Assembly (NCBI GenBank): GCA_965235115.1
Contig: OZ249436.1
Coordinates: 16,058,001 to 16,122,000, forward strand
From: Laetmonice hystrix
Taxonomy: Eukaryota
DNA: 64,000 bases
Reading direction: 5' to 3'
The translations under genes and the position numbers were made by a program. Shown here in pieces: positions 42,401 through 57,000 of the stretch; within the stretch, counting starts at the first letter, position 1, and the number at the start of each line of letters is the position of its first letter. The notes under the pieces are model-generated. The model had not been told where the DNA came from. It did not search any database and was given only the letters and a program-made list of their open reading frames with translations.

Positions 42401-45007
42401 AGATATCTGGTTGATCTATCCCCTTGATATCCACCTAAAGTTATATAAATGGTATCAGTATCACAAACCATATCACACAATGAACATAGTGAAATAAACG
42501 ACTAATGATTGTTATTTTATGGCTAATGAAAATAAAATGAATGTGGCTGATCAATACTGTGTTCAGTTAGCCACACTGGCTAATGATTTTGAAATCCTAG
42601 CGAGATCCCTGCATACATATTTTCAATGGCCTGCATCTCCAAAACAATTTAAGATAATATTGCATGAAATATTTTAATCCGGGACGGTCTTAGAATGATA
42701 CAGGCCAAACATATTTTTAATATAATTAAAAATGGTGGCTTGGTGACCATCTGGATTTCTTTCACTTCAGACTTGGTAACAATACATATTAGAGGCAAGG
42801 ATAATAACATAGGATAGAACTTGGTAAAACTATGAACATGGTTTTAATATAACTCATGAGGTTGAAAGTGTGCAAAACTGGTCCAGCATAAGTAGGTCAG
42901 CAGGCCCCTAACTAGCCCATGATCCTTGAAGTGAAAGTATGGCGAGGGGTAAAAGAAATATTACCAATAACCCATTTTTTCTCTAGAAATAGATTGACTC
43001 AGGGGAATAGAGTTTGTTTCATTATGATCAACCTTTGTACAGTTTAAAGGAGTTTATAAAATCAGCAGTTTCCATTATGGTGTGGTGTATATTGCACCAA
43101 CATAACAATATTCTATGCCCTAAGATCAGACAGCCTTATTACGGTGTAAAGTGACGTGTGCCAATATTGAGGATGATACAATATAGAAAAAAATAACAAT
43201 ACGGATGCATCCATTTATTATTGCTAATAGATGTATAGAGAATGATAACAAGTTGACAGGTTCTGTTGGACAGAGTCAGTTCTGGAGTGGTTAAATAAAA
43301 CCAAATCATTGCGTGACTCTGAACTCCTTCCTCTTGTACAGTCCCCCATATTACATGGTTGTAGTGATAGGCTGATAGCACAGGATAGGTAGCCACAGCT
43401 GGGATGTCACAGCCCAGAGTAGGGGACATTATTATATACCTGTACCAGTAAATGTGGTGTACTGTCAATGTTTTGATAGAGGCAACAGTACTGTGTATAG
43501 AGCAGTGACTACAACAGCGTGCAGCATGTACTCCAACAGTCAACTCTTATGTTCAGTTCAGTCTGATGCAATTATTATTAAGCATGGGTTCAAGCGGTCA
43601 AGCCACTTGCTCTTCATTCGACTATTACCGGTACTTGGGGGATATTAGCCAGGACAGTTTTGACCACCTGACCCCATTTCCAACCCCTGCCAGTCCTTTG
43701 TACAATTTGTACCATATCCATTCTCAGCTATCAATTTGACCTAATTGTTGCATGTGACTAATAAGTACCGTTGTAGTTCAAATTCTTTTATCTTTTCAGA
43801 TCGTTGTAATGATGGCACATCAATGTGGGTGCCCTTTCAAAACTCAGCTAGTGGTGTAACAATAATGTATAAGGGTAAGTATTTGGAGAGAGCAAGGGTA
43901 ATCTTTTCATTTAAAATATTAAGAGTGACATTTGGTAATTTAAACAGGCTAAAAGATGTTGTCAGTATAAATATTACAGACATGCAAAATAGTATAAGCC
44001 CCAATCAGGAGGTAATGGGATTTTGTACATTGACTTGCATTCCAGTACATTGCAATATTTTGTATGCTGTTTTACTTAAAAATGACATTTTTATCACTTC
44101 ACTTGAAAATATGATTAAAATATTATAATTAGTAAATAATGAATTATGATAATGTGTGTCACCAACTTTGATACAAAGAAAATGTTTTATTCTATGTTAC
44201 AGATAGCTTGGATGTAATGAAGAAGAGCTTTGAATTGGGAATAGCATGTGGCCATCATAGACGTAATCGTGATATGTTGAATTGGGTCAAGAAACGCAGA
44301 CGCCATATTCGTAGAGAAGACCTGATAGCTTATTTGTGTGGAAAGAACGCGCCTGTACGTGCAAGACCACCGTCAACGCTTGGTTGGGCAGGTGCACGAG
44401 TAGTGGATAGAGCAACTCCAAGACTTCCAAGTGTGGTGGAGGCAAGAGAGGAAAACGATGGCATGACGGATCTACAACCCTTTAGAGATGCTTTGGCATT
44501 GCAAAGTATGACAAATATTCCTAGACCATCATATTAGATCATTAAAAGAGAAAGTTAAGAGTTATTTGTTAGTTCATATTGGTAGAAATTGCATCCAAAA
44601 TTTGATACATTATCAAGACATGCTAGAATAACATGTTTGGTGTTCAGTGAATACATAAGCGATTAAAACGGATTGTTTGAGTCAAAACAACTATGTTGTA
44701 GCTTGGTATTATTATATTCAATATCAGACAATATATCCAGAGTTTGAAAAAGTGACAAGTAACATCCTCTTCTATTTCAGGGCTGAATGGTGCTATGTCC
44801 AATATAAGTATGGGATTTCAGTCATGCAGTCCAGCTGCTGCCTCGACAGAAAATATTGAAGCCAATCAGCGTGCTGAGCCTGAAGATGACTTCCATTGTT
44901 TTATACTTGATGAGATGTCACGGAGATGTGACAACAGTCGAAAAAGAACCCCTAGTTCAGATGTGCGTATGGATTCACCAACGCGCAAGAGGAGTCGTCT
45001 ACTATGA
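39266..45007 (+). CDS. HAPSTR1: HAPSTR1 / C16orf72 / TAPR1 orthologue, 4 exons, 266 aa
   Basis: Exons 39266-39461, 43800-43874, 44203-44505 and 44781-45007 sum to 801 nt in phase. QKLWLSFQNSATAIAQLY, WVPFQNSA, WVKKRRRHIRREDLIAYLCGK, DLQPFRDALAL and the C-terminal SPTRKRSRLL match the recalled human protein. Confidence 0.95.
41047..41258. mobile_element. CAGG-ended MITE
   Basis: TIR CAGGCCTGAT(A/T)TTAAG; flanks CTGTG/TTGTG (5 bp, 4/5); internal CGAACG repeats. Confidence 0.68.
41322..41440. mobile_element. Small CAGGG-ended MITE
   Basis: TIR CAGGGTTTCCTG; perfect 5-bp flanking duplication CTTAA. Confidence 0.7.
43800..43874 (+). CDS. HAPSTR1: HAPSTR1 exon 2
   Basis: DRCNDGTSMWVPFQNSASGVTIMYK; TTTTCAG acceptor and GTAAG donor. 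Confidence 0.93.
44203..44505 (+). CDS. HAPSTR1: HAPSTR1 exon 3
   Basis: DSLDVMKKSFELGIACGHHRRNRDMLNWVKKRRR...DLQPFRDALALQ; GTATGA donor. Confidence 0.93.
44781..45007 (+). CDS. HAPSTR1: HAPSTR1 exon 4
   Basis: LNGAMSNISMG...FILDEM...RKRT...DSPTRKRSRLL*. Confidence 0.93.
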
Positions 45008-48000
45008 TGAGTGTAAACAGCTGGATGATAGTCTGATATATTGTGTAACTTTCATCTTCTTACATGTGCACCTATTGTACAGAAGCTGTTCAAACAACCA
45101 GCTATTGCTTATAATACAACATTGCTGCTTGCTGTCTGGTCCAGATGGATATTTGTTCTATTGAAAAATACATTTCTTGTATGATTCACAATGAAATGGA
45201 GATCTGCAGCTGACCCAAACCATGTTTGAATTTTACATTGAGACATACAAAATGATATACACATGTAGTGGAGATCTTCCAGCACAAGTGATTAGTTGAA
45301 TTTCACTTACAGAAAGGAGTTCTAAGGAACATACTTCTTGAAAGACGACCGCTGTTGCATATGGTTGAATAATCCTGAGAAATACAACTTGAGCTTTTGA
45401 GTTTCATTATCTAAACCCTCAAAGCTGAACACTACCCAGGCATTAATCTACCATCTTCCTCCAACATTATCTCAGTAGTATAAAGCGGATGATTCATCAT
45501 GGTGACAAAACATTCTCTGGCTTACTTTAGTTAAAATAATAATCTTAGTAGTATAAATTAATATTGAAATTAGCTTTATGTATTGTTAAAAGATATTTAT
45601 TGTAAGGATTATTTAGATAAAAGGAAACCAAATTTTTAGGAATACTGTATTTCTGTTGGTACAATCAGAGACCAGGGCCAGTCGAGTTATTTAATGGGAG
45701 TATATTACACTCCCCAACACTGTTTAACTCTGTACAGCTAGTTAAGCCTAAGTGATGGTGCTTTTTCCAGTTAGTCATACTTGCCCATTCTTCAGCAATT
45801 GCTTTTAGTTTGAAAACAAGTATTTTTTTATGAAGTAAAACAGATAGAGCTGTGTTGATTTCCTAAGTGGCACTATTAACATTCATGTTTTTGGATTCTC
45901 TTAAATCTATGCAGGTGCCCTGGCCATTCTTTATCCAGATGCTGATTGGGTTATATGGAGGAAGATAACCACCCCAATAGTTCCTAACAGCAGTATTTTT
46001 CCTCACATTTTTGTGTCTTGCGGAGATTTTTTCAAAATGTTCAACCTGCAAGAAATTTAACTTGACTATGTTAGCGCATTAATGGGGGAAGACTGGACAT
46101 AGGCCTGGATTGTATTACGTTAAATTTGGGGAAGTTGTCAGCGGGAATTCAGTTGGAAATTATGGCAAGCCAGACTGACCAAGATCAGTCATGATTTCTG
46201 GTTGGGACTCTCCTGATCTTTTGGGTACGCAAAGTCCTGCACTGTACCTCCAATGCAGTCTAAATTTTGATAGGTAGCGGTACCTGTCATTTTAAAGAGC
46301 TATTTAGGGTTGGCCATAGAAATGTACCCGGTACTGATTGATCATAATACGTTAAGATTGTAATATATACCGGTAATGTAATTATATTCCGAGATATACT
46401 GTCCCCAAAGGACATTCTGTTCAGTTTTAACCTTGAGAAGGTAAACAAAAGTTTTCACAGGTCCTTTTTATCTGGAAAAACTAAATATGAAATAAAGTTT
46501 GCAAAAATTTCCAATCCAGTGAAAATGGTGCCCTCATATATGCACATTCTGATTCTTGTTAATGGTTGTAAATCATGAAAATCTGCGTATACATTGCAAA
46601 CATTTGTTCCGGCCTATATTATTTAGGCCTAGTTGGATTTATAGTAGGGTGTCTAGGGGGAAAAAGAAGAAAGAAACGCCTTCCATTAAATCAAAGTTGG
46701 ATTGATGTATTATATACAAAGACTGGTAGCCTCCTAAGTTTTACTTAGAACATGGGCCTATGAGGAGTTCCAGTAAAATGAATTATAAGATTGAATCTCA
46801 AAGTATTAGATTATTGCTGCTTTTGTGTGTAATTGCAAATAGGTTGAACTTCTTCTTTATATATGTAGTGGTCTGTGTCGTCCGTCCCATGAACCCTGCA
46901 TCATTAGACGACAGGGCCATTGTGAAGTGATGCATCCTTTAAGAAAATGTAGACGTGCGTTTAAACATTTAGTGACATACCGTGATCATTTATTTGGAAC
47001 CAGACATCAAGCAGCGTTGAGGGTTGTATAATATTTTTTAGGATTGCATCAATCCCGATATTTCAGTCGATGTAGGTGCAGATACATTTGCATGAAATGA
47101 CATTCTATGATTTTTAATAGTATTATATCTAGTAAGTGGAGATCAGGAAATGTTGCCAGTATACATCAAACACATGATTAAGCATGTGATGTCTTTCATA
47201 GTGCTGATGATTTTCTGTCTTAAAAATTGCCACCTCCAACGATAGAAAGACAGCCTGACAACAGTTATTTCCAACATAAAAGCATTGCTCCAGAATGAAA
47301 AAACAATTTTAAATTTTTGCAAGTGCAACGGATATCAAAAAAGATCGTGGACTAAATGTAACTTAAATTTTGTTACGGCATTGCCATAATAGCTTGAACA
47401 ATTCAGTGAATTCACAGAAAACCATCAGCTCTACTTGTTTTAAGAACCAGTGTGATCGCTGACAGGGTGGGAAAAGTCGCCGTTTATGCAAGTTGGATGA
47501 AAGCTAGGTAGGGGCTATAAGTTTATACCGAAGAACATGGCTTTATTACAGAGAAGACATTAGATGGTGATATAACTTGCAATTATCTGAATATTTAGTT
47601 TGAACTGAATAGGTTGTACAAATGTAGGGAAAATGTTTCCCCCTTGATAATAGGAAATTGAATATGCTAACTTATGAATATGATTAAATTTGCGGCACTG
47701 CAGTATTATTAAGCTTGAGAACAAGAAGATGTTTATCAAGAGAAACAAATTAATAGACATGTGGAACGCCATATATAACGGCCAGTAGCTCCTATCTTGA
47801 AACCCATTGGCATATCGATGCGTTTGACACAGGTTTAATCAATTCTTATTTCTTTTCTTTTTGAGGAATAACTTCTTTCAGTCGTAATATTCTTTTTTTG
47901 TATAAGATCAGGCCTGGACCCCCCGGATTACGTCTTTAGTTCCGAATAGATGCTGCCCATTAGGCATATGTAGAAAATATGATTTCAAAATGTGCTCCCC

Positions 48001-49596
48001 TCGCACACACGAAAAACGCGCATATCGGCATTATTTGCAACATCAAAACTAAGCGGTAGTCATGAAATATTTAGGCCCATATCCTACATTAGTAGCTTTA
48101 TGGAAAACTGAAGATATTGATGTAAATTAATTGCTTTTGATTCGGACACTCGTGCTTTGAATATTATTGAGGCTGCACCCAGGTTTTATGACATTAAATT
48201 GAAGTAAAAGAAGCACACTATCATGGCGTAGACAAACTAAAGGAAATACATACTGATTTGAACTTTCTGCTTGAAAGCCCCCCCCCCCTCCCACCTGGAT
48301 CCGCCCCTGGAACAATACCAGTATTTGTGAAAGACCGTGTAATTTTGATCGGAGGGAGCATCAGCTCGTCGTTGGCGATAATTCCTTGGCAACTCCTTGA
48401 TTTCCGACTTGGTATTCTGTTTGGCAAGAAGTACTGAGTGCACTGAAGTGCTGATGATAGTTCTCTCCTTCCACCTATTCTGTAGTATACTGTCCTAAAT
48501 TATTCAAGGGTGTCTCTTCCTCTTAGCAGCCTCACCTACCCATTTATGCTGTCCGTTATTTCAGTCGGCCATTGGCGTCCTTTTCGTTGGGACATGAACG
48601 TGTTCCAAAGGGGTTTCATTTGTCTTTTGAGGCGTTCTTTTGAAGATATAATTTAAAAATCGAGTTAATATAATGTATGACCGAAATAAAAAAAAATGAA
48701 ATGCAGTCGAAATATGTTTGTATGTATCCAATTTATTTGATAAAATAAAAAATTGAATAATGATTGTGATCTGCAATTTGTAAGGCTATTCAAGGTTCAA
48801 GAGGTTCAAGATCGTGATATTGTTCAAATGTACGGTCGAAATCCTACGGGATTAGTGGCTTACCGCATTAGTGCATTCAGATTGGCATAAAGATTTTGCT
48901 AAATAGAAGGAAGGAAGCCCCCCCCCCCAACCCGTCAAGTGCTGCGGTGTAGGCCACGATAACCATTTACATGTATTTATGTCCAGTAGGTGGCAGCAGC
49001 CATCAGATAGATAACGCGCGCAGGTCGTATTCCTGCGTCAAGTTGTCTGAAGCTCGGTCAGTCCGAGATGATCGTTTTCATAATAACTCGCTAGGTGGCC
49101 CTTATTACCTGATGTCGATTGAGGTCGCATCGGGCACTTGAGGCGACATCCATGATTTGACATACATGTACTACAAGGATGATAGGCCTACTACAGGGAT
49201 ATTGCTTGTAGGATCCCGGAAAATGGGTCTTTCCGAAAGACAGACTATAATATAACCAAGTAAATTTTGATGGAAAAAATATTCATAAGGAAGTTCTGTT
49301 ACAGACTGTGATGGTCTAGACCCTATAGACCAAATAGTACACTATAGACTTGAGCGGTTTGATGCACACTTCACAATCCGAAATGGAAATATCTTTTTTT
49401 CATTTATTAATTTTTAACCGCCAGGTTTGTTTTATAATACAATGTACACTTTTTTTTATTGTGATGGGTTACAGTTTTCTAGCCTGAACTTTATTCCCTC
49501 TTGGACCACCGGCTAAGTATTTAGAGTCGAAGCCCCTGCTTGATTTTCTAACGCGTCCGCGGTAGGCTGAGGGGTTTCTTTTCGGCGACAGGCTAG

Positions 49597-50424
49597 GGCT
49601 GTGTTCACACTAGGGAAATCTGCCGGCAAATACCCGCTATAGCGGGAGCGCGCCATGTGTGAACGCGCGTACCCGAGGTAAATTACCCGCGGTAAGCTGC
49701 CGAGATATCTCGGGTGGAGGAGGGAAGGAATAGCTCTGCCGGCAGAAATCTTACCTCGGGTAGTTGTAATGTGAACACGGGATTTGCCGAGAACAGACAC
49801 CAGAGGGCATTACGAGCGTATGCTTATCGCTGAAATTCTGGCGCAAGGCGTATTAATGAATACACATGTATTTGATCAAATTCTTGCACCTATACACCTT
49901 CACCGAAGAACTCATTTTTATTTATATTGCATTTCTCTAAAAGTAGAGCCCCCCCCCCCCAACCAACCAACCAACCAACCATGCAACCTCACACTCCCCT
50001 CTGCATGGATTATAGGCCTAGTCTGTTTTCATATGACGTATTTAAGTACATCCCCCATGCATGGTAACTTAACCCCACGAAATTTGGTCGAAAGTAAAGA
50101 TCCATAGTCCCGACTTTATCCCTAACCCCTAACCCCAGTCCCTACATCTCCTAAAACATATCCCTATCCCTATCCCTGACCTTAATCCGAATCCCTACCT
50201 AAAATGTCTGGAAGTTATAGGGGAATAACCCGTATAGTTCTAATGCATTTTATGGAATTCCACTTTTTTCCAAAACATGTGTACATCCTCGGGAGCTCAC
50301 TACCGCGATAGCGGCAAGGAAGTTCCTGCGGCAAAGCGTGGGTAGTCTGAACGCTGATCTTTGTCAGACCTTTTATCATTTCTGCCGGCAGAAGCTCTCC
50401 CGGCAACTAGGTGTGAAGACGGCC
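49597..50424. mobile_element. PIF/Harbinger-like non-autonomous element
   Basis: Termini GGCTGTGTTCACAC / GGCCGTCTTCACAC (inverted); TAG/TAA flanks; CTGCCGGCAG subterminal palindromes; internal CCCTAA-like repeats. Confidence 0.65.
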
Positions 50425-50996
50425 TAAGAGTTCCGCCTCTTTGCACTGTATAGGATCATTTAGAAGGGCACCTGCTTATCAATTTTAACGGAATTCTTTT
50501 CAAGGATTAATTAGATCTAGGCTCTACTGCATGAATCCATGGGGTGATATGGACAATAGGGATATGCCTCAAGTGGCCTATACAACCCGGTGATTCCTGT
50601 TATAGAACTCGAATATATAGGCGCCCCTATGCGTTTCCCAACATCTGCAGAAGCGGAAACAGACTTATAAACAGTTTTGTCCAAGCTGACTGCTGGGAAG
50701 TCCAGTCTGACACAATCGCTCAGGCTCTGCCGGCCCGCAGTTTACCGTATAGTCTCAACAGTTTACAACAACGCACCTGCCACTTCAGAGGCCACGTGCG
50801 TTTTGTTGGCTCAGTGCAGCCAAGTGATTTGATTGGCCGGGGGCTTGGGTGGACTGCGTGACGTCGATCGGTGCAGCGCTCTGGTTGCTGCAGACAGAGA
50901 GCCCGCTCAGAATCCCAGAGAGGGAGATAGTCGGAGGTGTCACACCCCAAACTGCACGTCTGATTTGTGGATTATTATGCTACTTTGACAGCCAAC

Positions 50997-51050
50997 ATGA
51001 CCATGACGGAGAGCGAAAAGGTGCATTTCCTCACCGAGGGAATATATAGG
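50997..51050 (+). CDS. BAIAP2: BAIAP2-like exon 1 (54 nt)
   Basis: CCAACATG start; AGG|GTGAGT donor; 18 codons. Confidence 0.85.
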
Positions 51051-54000
51051 GTGAGTTCATGGAGTTAATATTTTTACTTTATATTCCTATGTGATTGTTT
51101 AAATGATTTGAATTTTGATAAAGGTGTCGACGATGATACTGCTTTATATGCCTTGTGGACGACAGTACATGCGGCATCCCTTTCTTTATTGCCTGCCCAA
51201 TCACGGATTGCACTAGGCGTAATTGTAATAGGCCTAAGTTTAAAAGACATTCCCATGCAAAAAAATACACTTTTATCTAAATTCCCGCCCGCCAGCTGAC
51301 GGGATTTGGCCAATGTGTGCCGCCATGCAGCCTCAGCAATGTTGGCTGTGGGCAGGGCGCGGCCCGCGTGTTACCTGTTCGGTGATGATGACACAGGTAT
51401 AGATCGAGGCCCTAAGTGCGGGAAGAGGGCGTGGGTGAGTCACTACTCATTAATTTGATTGAGAATCACAACGTGCTTCCGAAGAATTCGATTTTCCGAT
51501 TACTGCCCCCTTTAAGACCTTTCCCACAAGGTTTTGGCAGTTAAGCCATTCTTGCCTTGTATACATGCGTCCGTCGGCTACCATGCATATTAATTATTCG
51601 TCATCATTAGGCGCTAATGGGGAATTTTAGCAAAAGCTGCTAACGGCGTCGCGGGAATAAATAGAGATTGCGCAACGTCGACTGCCCAGTATAAGTCAAT
51701 CCTATATGTATAGGCTAGGTTTTTAAAACGCTGGATAATTATATAGCTCGCAGCCATGATTCAAACACAGTCAGATGAAAATAATAAAGGCTTTACCATA
51801 GACGGTTAAAATTAACTTTGGGCAATAGGCCAACAAAACCTACTTTTATGGGGGGGGGGGGGTTAAATGGTGAAATACCGTAGTTAGACATGGAATTTTA
51901 ATAGCTGAATCAATAATTTGCATTACCCCTTTCATATATCTGTCTCGCGGTGTGGTTCTATATATGGGGTGGGTTGGAGCATTATAGCAGTGCGCTATCG
52001 ACATCACAATATATACTGTATGATGGAGTGCATGGCGCGATGTCTCCCACCCCAAGTGGGTTGGAGTTGAGGTCAGGGCCTCTGTACCAAGCCCTGTTCA
52101 TCGGGCCTGGGGCACTAGCTTCCCGTCGGCCACCCCCAGGTCTGCACCGCAAACGTTGGCCACGTATGAGAGAGGTCAATGGGTGGCAGTGCCCCGAGAA
52201 CATTAATATCTGTGGCGGATAATGTCATGGATACTTGGTCTCTTCAATAGTAGATGTGTCACTGGTAATTTGCCTGTACATAAATGAATCACGTTAGATT
52301 TATTTCATGACACATGCATGTATAGGTGCTGGTCTGCATAACAGGAATTTGAAAAAAGGCAACCTTGGCATATTATGACTTTGAACAAATCCATATGGCA
52401 ATACTATAAATGTTTATTCTATTGGAAACTTTAATTTGAGATTTCCTTGTGTAATTGGTAGAACAATATCGCGTTGTCAAACCAGCTGGTCCAGTGATGA
52501 GCAATAAAAAAACCTATACTGATAGGCCTATATTTTACTTATTAACTGCCATGCATAATTGTTTGTATAATGGAATGCGGTCTTGTCATGTACACGTAGT
52601 CATAAAGTAAATAAATTGACAGAGCATTTCAATCAATCAGCACCCCGCCCCTTTAAATGATTCGCCCCCTCCTCAGAAAAAAATACCCTCAAAAGTTTCT
52701 GGGCCTCTCTCTCTGTCTCTCTCTCTCTGTCTGCTTCTCTGTCTATCTGTCTGTCTGTCTCTCTGTCTCTCTCAAAATCCTACCCACCCCCCCACCCCCT
52801 TTGCTCCACCTCCAGGTGAAATCCTGCAGGAACCCTGCATGATAGAACAATATCGCAGGTTGCAGCCTGTTTCATACAATAATTTTTCTTGTTACAGAAT
52901 CTTATGGATAACTTTAACCCGGGTATTCGACAATTGATCAGCACAGGACGTGCTTTTCAAAAGGCTCTCCACCGTAAGTAATTCCTCATCAAAGTTTAAT
53001 AAGACAGCTGCTAATCACGCTCTACCTAGAGGGAACATGACACGAGACCAAGTAAAAGAGTCGAATGTACATGCAGGGCCTTGGCCAGCAGCTGCTGGGT
53101 TCTACTGTAGTGCATGGAGAATTTCATGGTAGCCCAATCAGTGTTTCAGTCACCCTTGTTCAGCGCACGTTGTAGCAGAAAATGTTGTGACGGCCTGGCA
53201 ATCAACCATCTCCGCATCAGTGAATGAGTCATGACACGCGGTGTGGTTCCAGATGCAGCACTTAGTGAACTCTTCATCAGGCTACATCTTTGCGTATTTA
53301 TATGATATATGATACTTTTTTTTTTATACTTTTATACTTTCGGCTGCGCCTAAGTTATAACGGCCCGAAAGGGGGGGGGGGTTGTTTTACATTAAGTATA
53401 ACGTGAGTAAAGCAGCACGAGTACAGGATGCATATTCCCAGTCCTGGCGAGTGACCGAGTACCTGATGTGGGCCCACAGTTTCTGAGCCAGTTTTATTGG
53501 TAAATCATTGCGTCAAGTTGACAAAGTACCTGCCCCAGATGTTTGTGGCACGGTGCATGTCGTCGGATGTGCATGGTAAATCATGTCACAGGATGCTGTG
53601 AATGACCGCTGTGGCCGTCATTACTATAGCAAGAGGTGTGGTAAGAAGTGGTTCGGCACACTCATGAATTTATCTGTAATTAAAATAATTTCATAGAAGT
53701 TATGTATCTTAGTCATCTCAATAACTTGGAAGAAATATATGGATTAAGCAGGCATGGTACACGGTACCAAAGGGCAGTGTGCTTGTCGTATTCATATAAT
53801 GGAACTACACATGTCTTTGTATTAATTATCAATTCTAATAAAAGTGAAAAGAATTTACCCTTAAAGAAAAGAGTGTGAACAACCGAATATTGTTTTAATA
53901 GTCGCGCTGATAAATCCCGGTTCAAACAATAATATTGTGAATATAGCCGATTTAATAATTTGTTTATAAAGATCTCGCTGAAATATCACTAACAGTTTTA

Positions 54001-57000
54001 TTTCCAGTGGATACACTAGGAATGATAACACAGTTTGTGTCATCAGGTGATAGTAAATTCGGTACAGGTGACAGGTCCGGGATAATGTCTGCATCCTGAT
54101 GGGACGGTAGTACTCTACCTGTCCAACCCTTTATGTCGTCTGTCAGTCATTGTAAAGGTTGAGTGCAGCTGATTCACACTTGATGCCTCCGACCACATTT
54201 CAAACATCAATGATGTAAGCTTGAGTTGATCCGCTGTTATTAAAGCCTTGTACCTGTGGCCAACACATTTCAATGTCGGAGTTGTTGGCCTATATTGATT
54301 TAGTGAGCATGTCCATACATATTTGATGATCTTCATACGGTTTACCCAGTCTTCAGTGGAAGACTTTATTTATAAATGATGATATGAAAAGGAAAGTTTA
54401 AATTGGGTCAGTCATTAGCAGCAGTGAAGGTCCTTTGTGTTGTGTGTGCCTTTTATTACAGATTTTGAAAACTTGAGTGAGGGGAAGTTTTTTTCAAGTT
54501 GATTTGCATAGAGACAGTTTTAAAAAATAGCGTCCTAATCTATCTAAGTTTAGCGCATAAATGCATTCATTTGATCGTATTTGGCATCAAGCACTTACAG
54601 CATATCGATATATCACTCTAAAAACAAATTGGTTAATCGAACCAAAATATTGGTTAAATTTAAAGGTAATATGTCACGAATTTCAAATAATACGTCGTGT
54701 TTCAGCAAAAATATGTCTGCATTGCGGTTCTCCAATATGCCCCAAAGGTCCCCTATACCTGTTTATGTAGCTTTGGCCGGTATTTTGTAAAAAAAATCGC
54801 CAATTTTTAATACGGTCACTGAAAATGACACACTTAGATTTTAGTGTTTACAACTCGAGCAATCCGTGCTATCGTGTCTACGAGTAATCACAGCGAGAGT
54901 CACGTGATCATGGGACCCGTTTAAACGATTCGCGGCAGCCAAAGGGGGCCAAAATGGCGGATTCATCACACTTTGTGGACACTGCAGCTAGTTTTATTCA
55001 TTTTTTACATTATGGAGATTTTCACAGCTGTCTACTCGTAGTATGTGTCAACAGAATCAATATGAAAAACAATCAGTGCCATAAAGTACGTCAGTGGTGA
55101 GCAGGTAAGCAGAAAACTGAAGATTTCGGTCTATACCCCCTGTGACATATTTCCTTTAACTAATTTTGTTGGTTGGAATGATTCCCACCAATACTTTGGT
55201 TGAAACAACCAACCCTGAATGGTTGAATTAATAACCAATTAGAGTTGGTAGATTTAACCAATTAACCAGGAAAATTAATTGTACACTGCACTAATGAAAT
55301 TATGATAACCGAGAAACGCACATCTGGCTTTTTTAGTTTTCGCATGGTCTGATGATTTCAGACAGGTCCATTCGAGGAAAATACAAACGTTTGCAACCTA
55401 AGAGGCTACTTCGTATGATAATGCAGACTGCTTTAACAAAGGAGTTAATAATTATGTTCTCTATAGCGTCCAAAGATGGTGTTTCCATGAGCAATGTTAA
55501 CAACCCCCACTTAATTAGGTCCCCGTTTGACATAACACTCTACTCACCATCACAAAGACTGCATTCATATTATTGTGAATTTATGTAAGGCTCAACCAAT
55601 GAGATTGGTAGTTTTTTCAACCAATCTGTTTTTAGATTACTATAGGGTGCAGAAATTCTCATGAATGTACTCCTGGCCCGATGTAAGATGTAATTTGAAG
55701 CCTATATGCATGTGTTGGAATATGTTGCGTCAGTCAACAAGATAAACTATGGTTATGTAAAGTTATTTATCCATAGACCTATATGTAGGCTACATAAGAC
55801 AAACGCGGCCGCTCAAGGCATTGGCCTCAGTTCGCCTTCAACGACATTGGCCGGTTGCCCCATATTGGCCCGTCTACCAATGTTATATTTTGTTACATAG
55901 AATTTCAAGTATGCCTATACATGAAGTGGCAATTAAGAGAATCCCGACCCTAAAACACACTATCGTTCAGATTTTCGTAATTTCATTTCATCTTATGAGA
56001 AAAAGTTTCCATGACTTCATGAGAGGATATGAGGCCGGGAATGCTTCTGTCACATCATTAACTTATAGCATGGCAATTACTGCGACATCCCAGCATTTGC
56101 TGAATATTACCATTTCTATATGCACCGCTGGCTACCTTTATCATAAAACGTGTAGACATATACATCCAGGACATTCAGGATGTTCAAACATTGATTGACG
56201 ATGATAGTCTGTGTCACCTCAACAGACCAACATGTTAATAGTTAGGTTTCGCTCTCACACAACTCAAGTGCCAAGCTGCACCATGCATCATTGGATGGAA
56301 AGGAGAAGTGCAGTATGTTTTTAAGGTGCGACTATTATAGATCATGCGTCTTTTTTCACTCCCTGTCACCAGTGACAGTCAGACCTTATTGCATGGGACC
56401 ATTTACGTTACTCATGAGGGAAATCTGTTTCACGAACGACACTGGGTAACATTCTGTTGCACTTCTCTGCACAGTAAGTGTTCTGAGAGCAACTGTTAAA
56501 AAAAATGTTCACAATCAGGTAAAAGGCTTTTTGTTCAGTTCATTTTTTATATTAGTAAAGGGCGGGCTATACGCGAGGCGAACTGCCCCAGCATTACAAT
56601 GTTCTCAGGGACTGACTGACTGGTTGATTAATTGATTGATTGAATCAATGGGTGAGTGATTGATTGAATCAATGGGTGAGTGAGTGATTGAATCAATGGG
56701 TGAGTGATTGATTGAATCAATGGGTGAGTGATTGATTGAATCAATGAGTGAGTGATTGATTGAATCAATGGGTGAGTGATTGATTGAATCAATGGGTGAG
56801 TGATTGATTGAATCAATGGGTGAGTGAGTGATTGAATTAATGGGTGAGTGATTGATTGAATTAATGGGTGAGTGATTGCAATGGGTGAGTGATTGATTGA
56901 ATCAATGGGTGAGTGATTGTAGGTGATGATGCGGCGATCATGTTGATTTATGATATACCTGCGGGTCGACAAGCCGAAACATTTGATCTAATATTCTCTC

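Noticed and set aside
50115-50190. CCCTAA-like repeats as telomere or interstitial telomere (also about 59405-59435)
   Set aside because: Short, degenerate and embedded in transposon-like sequence.
56628-56972. 114-aa ORF with THPLIQSI repeats
   Set aside because: Translation of a 24-bp minisatellite.
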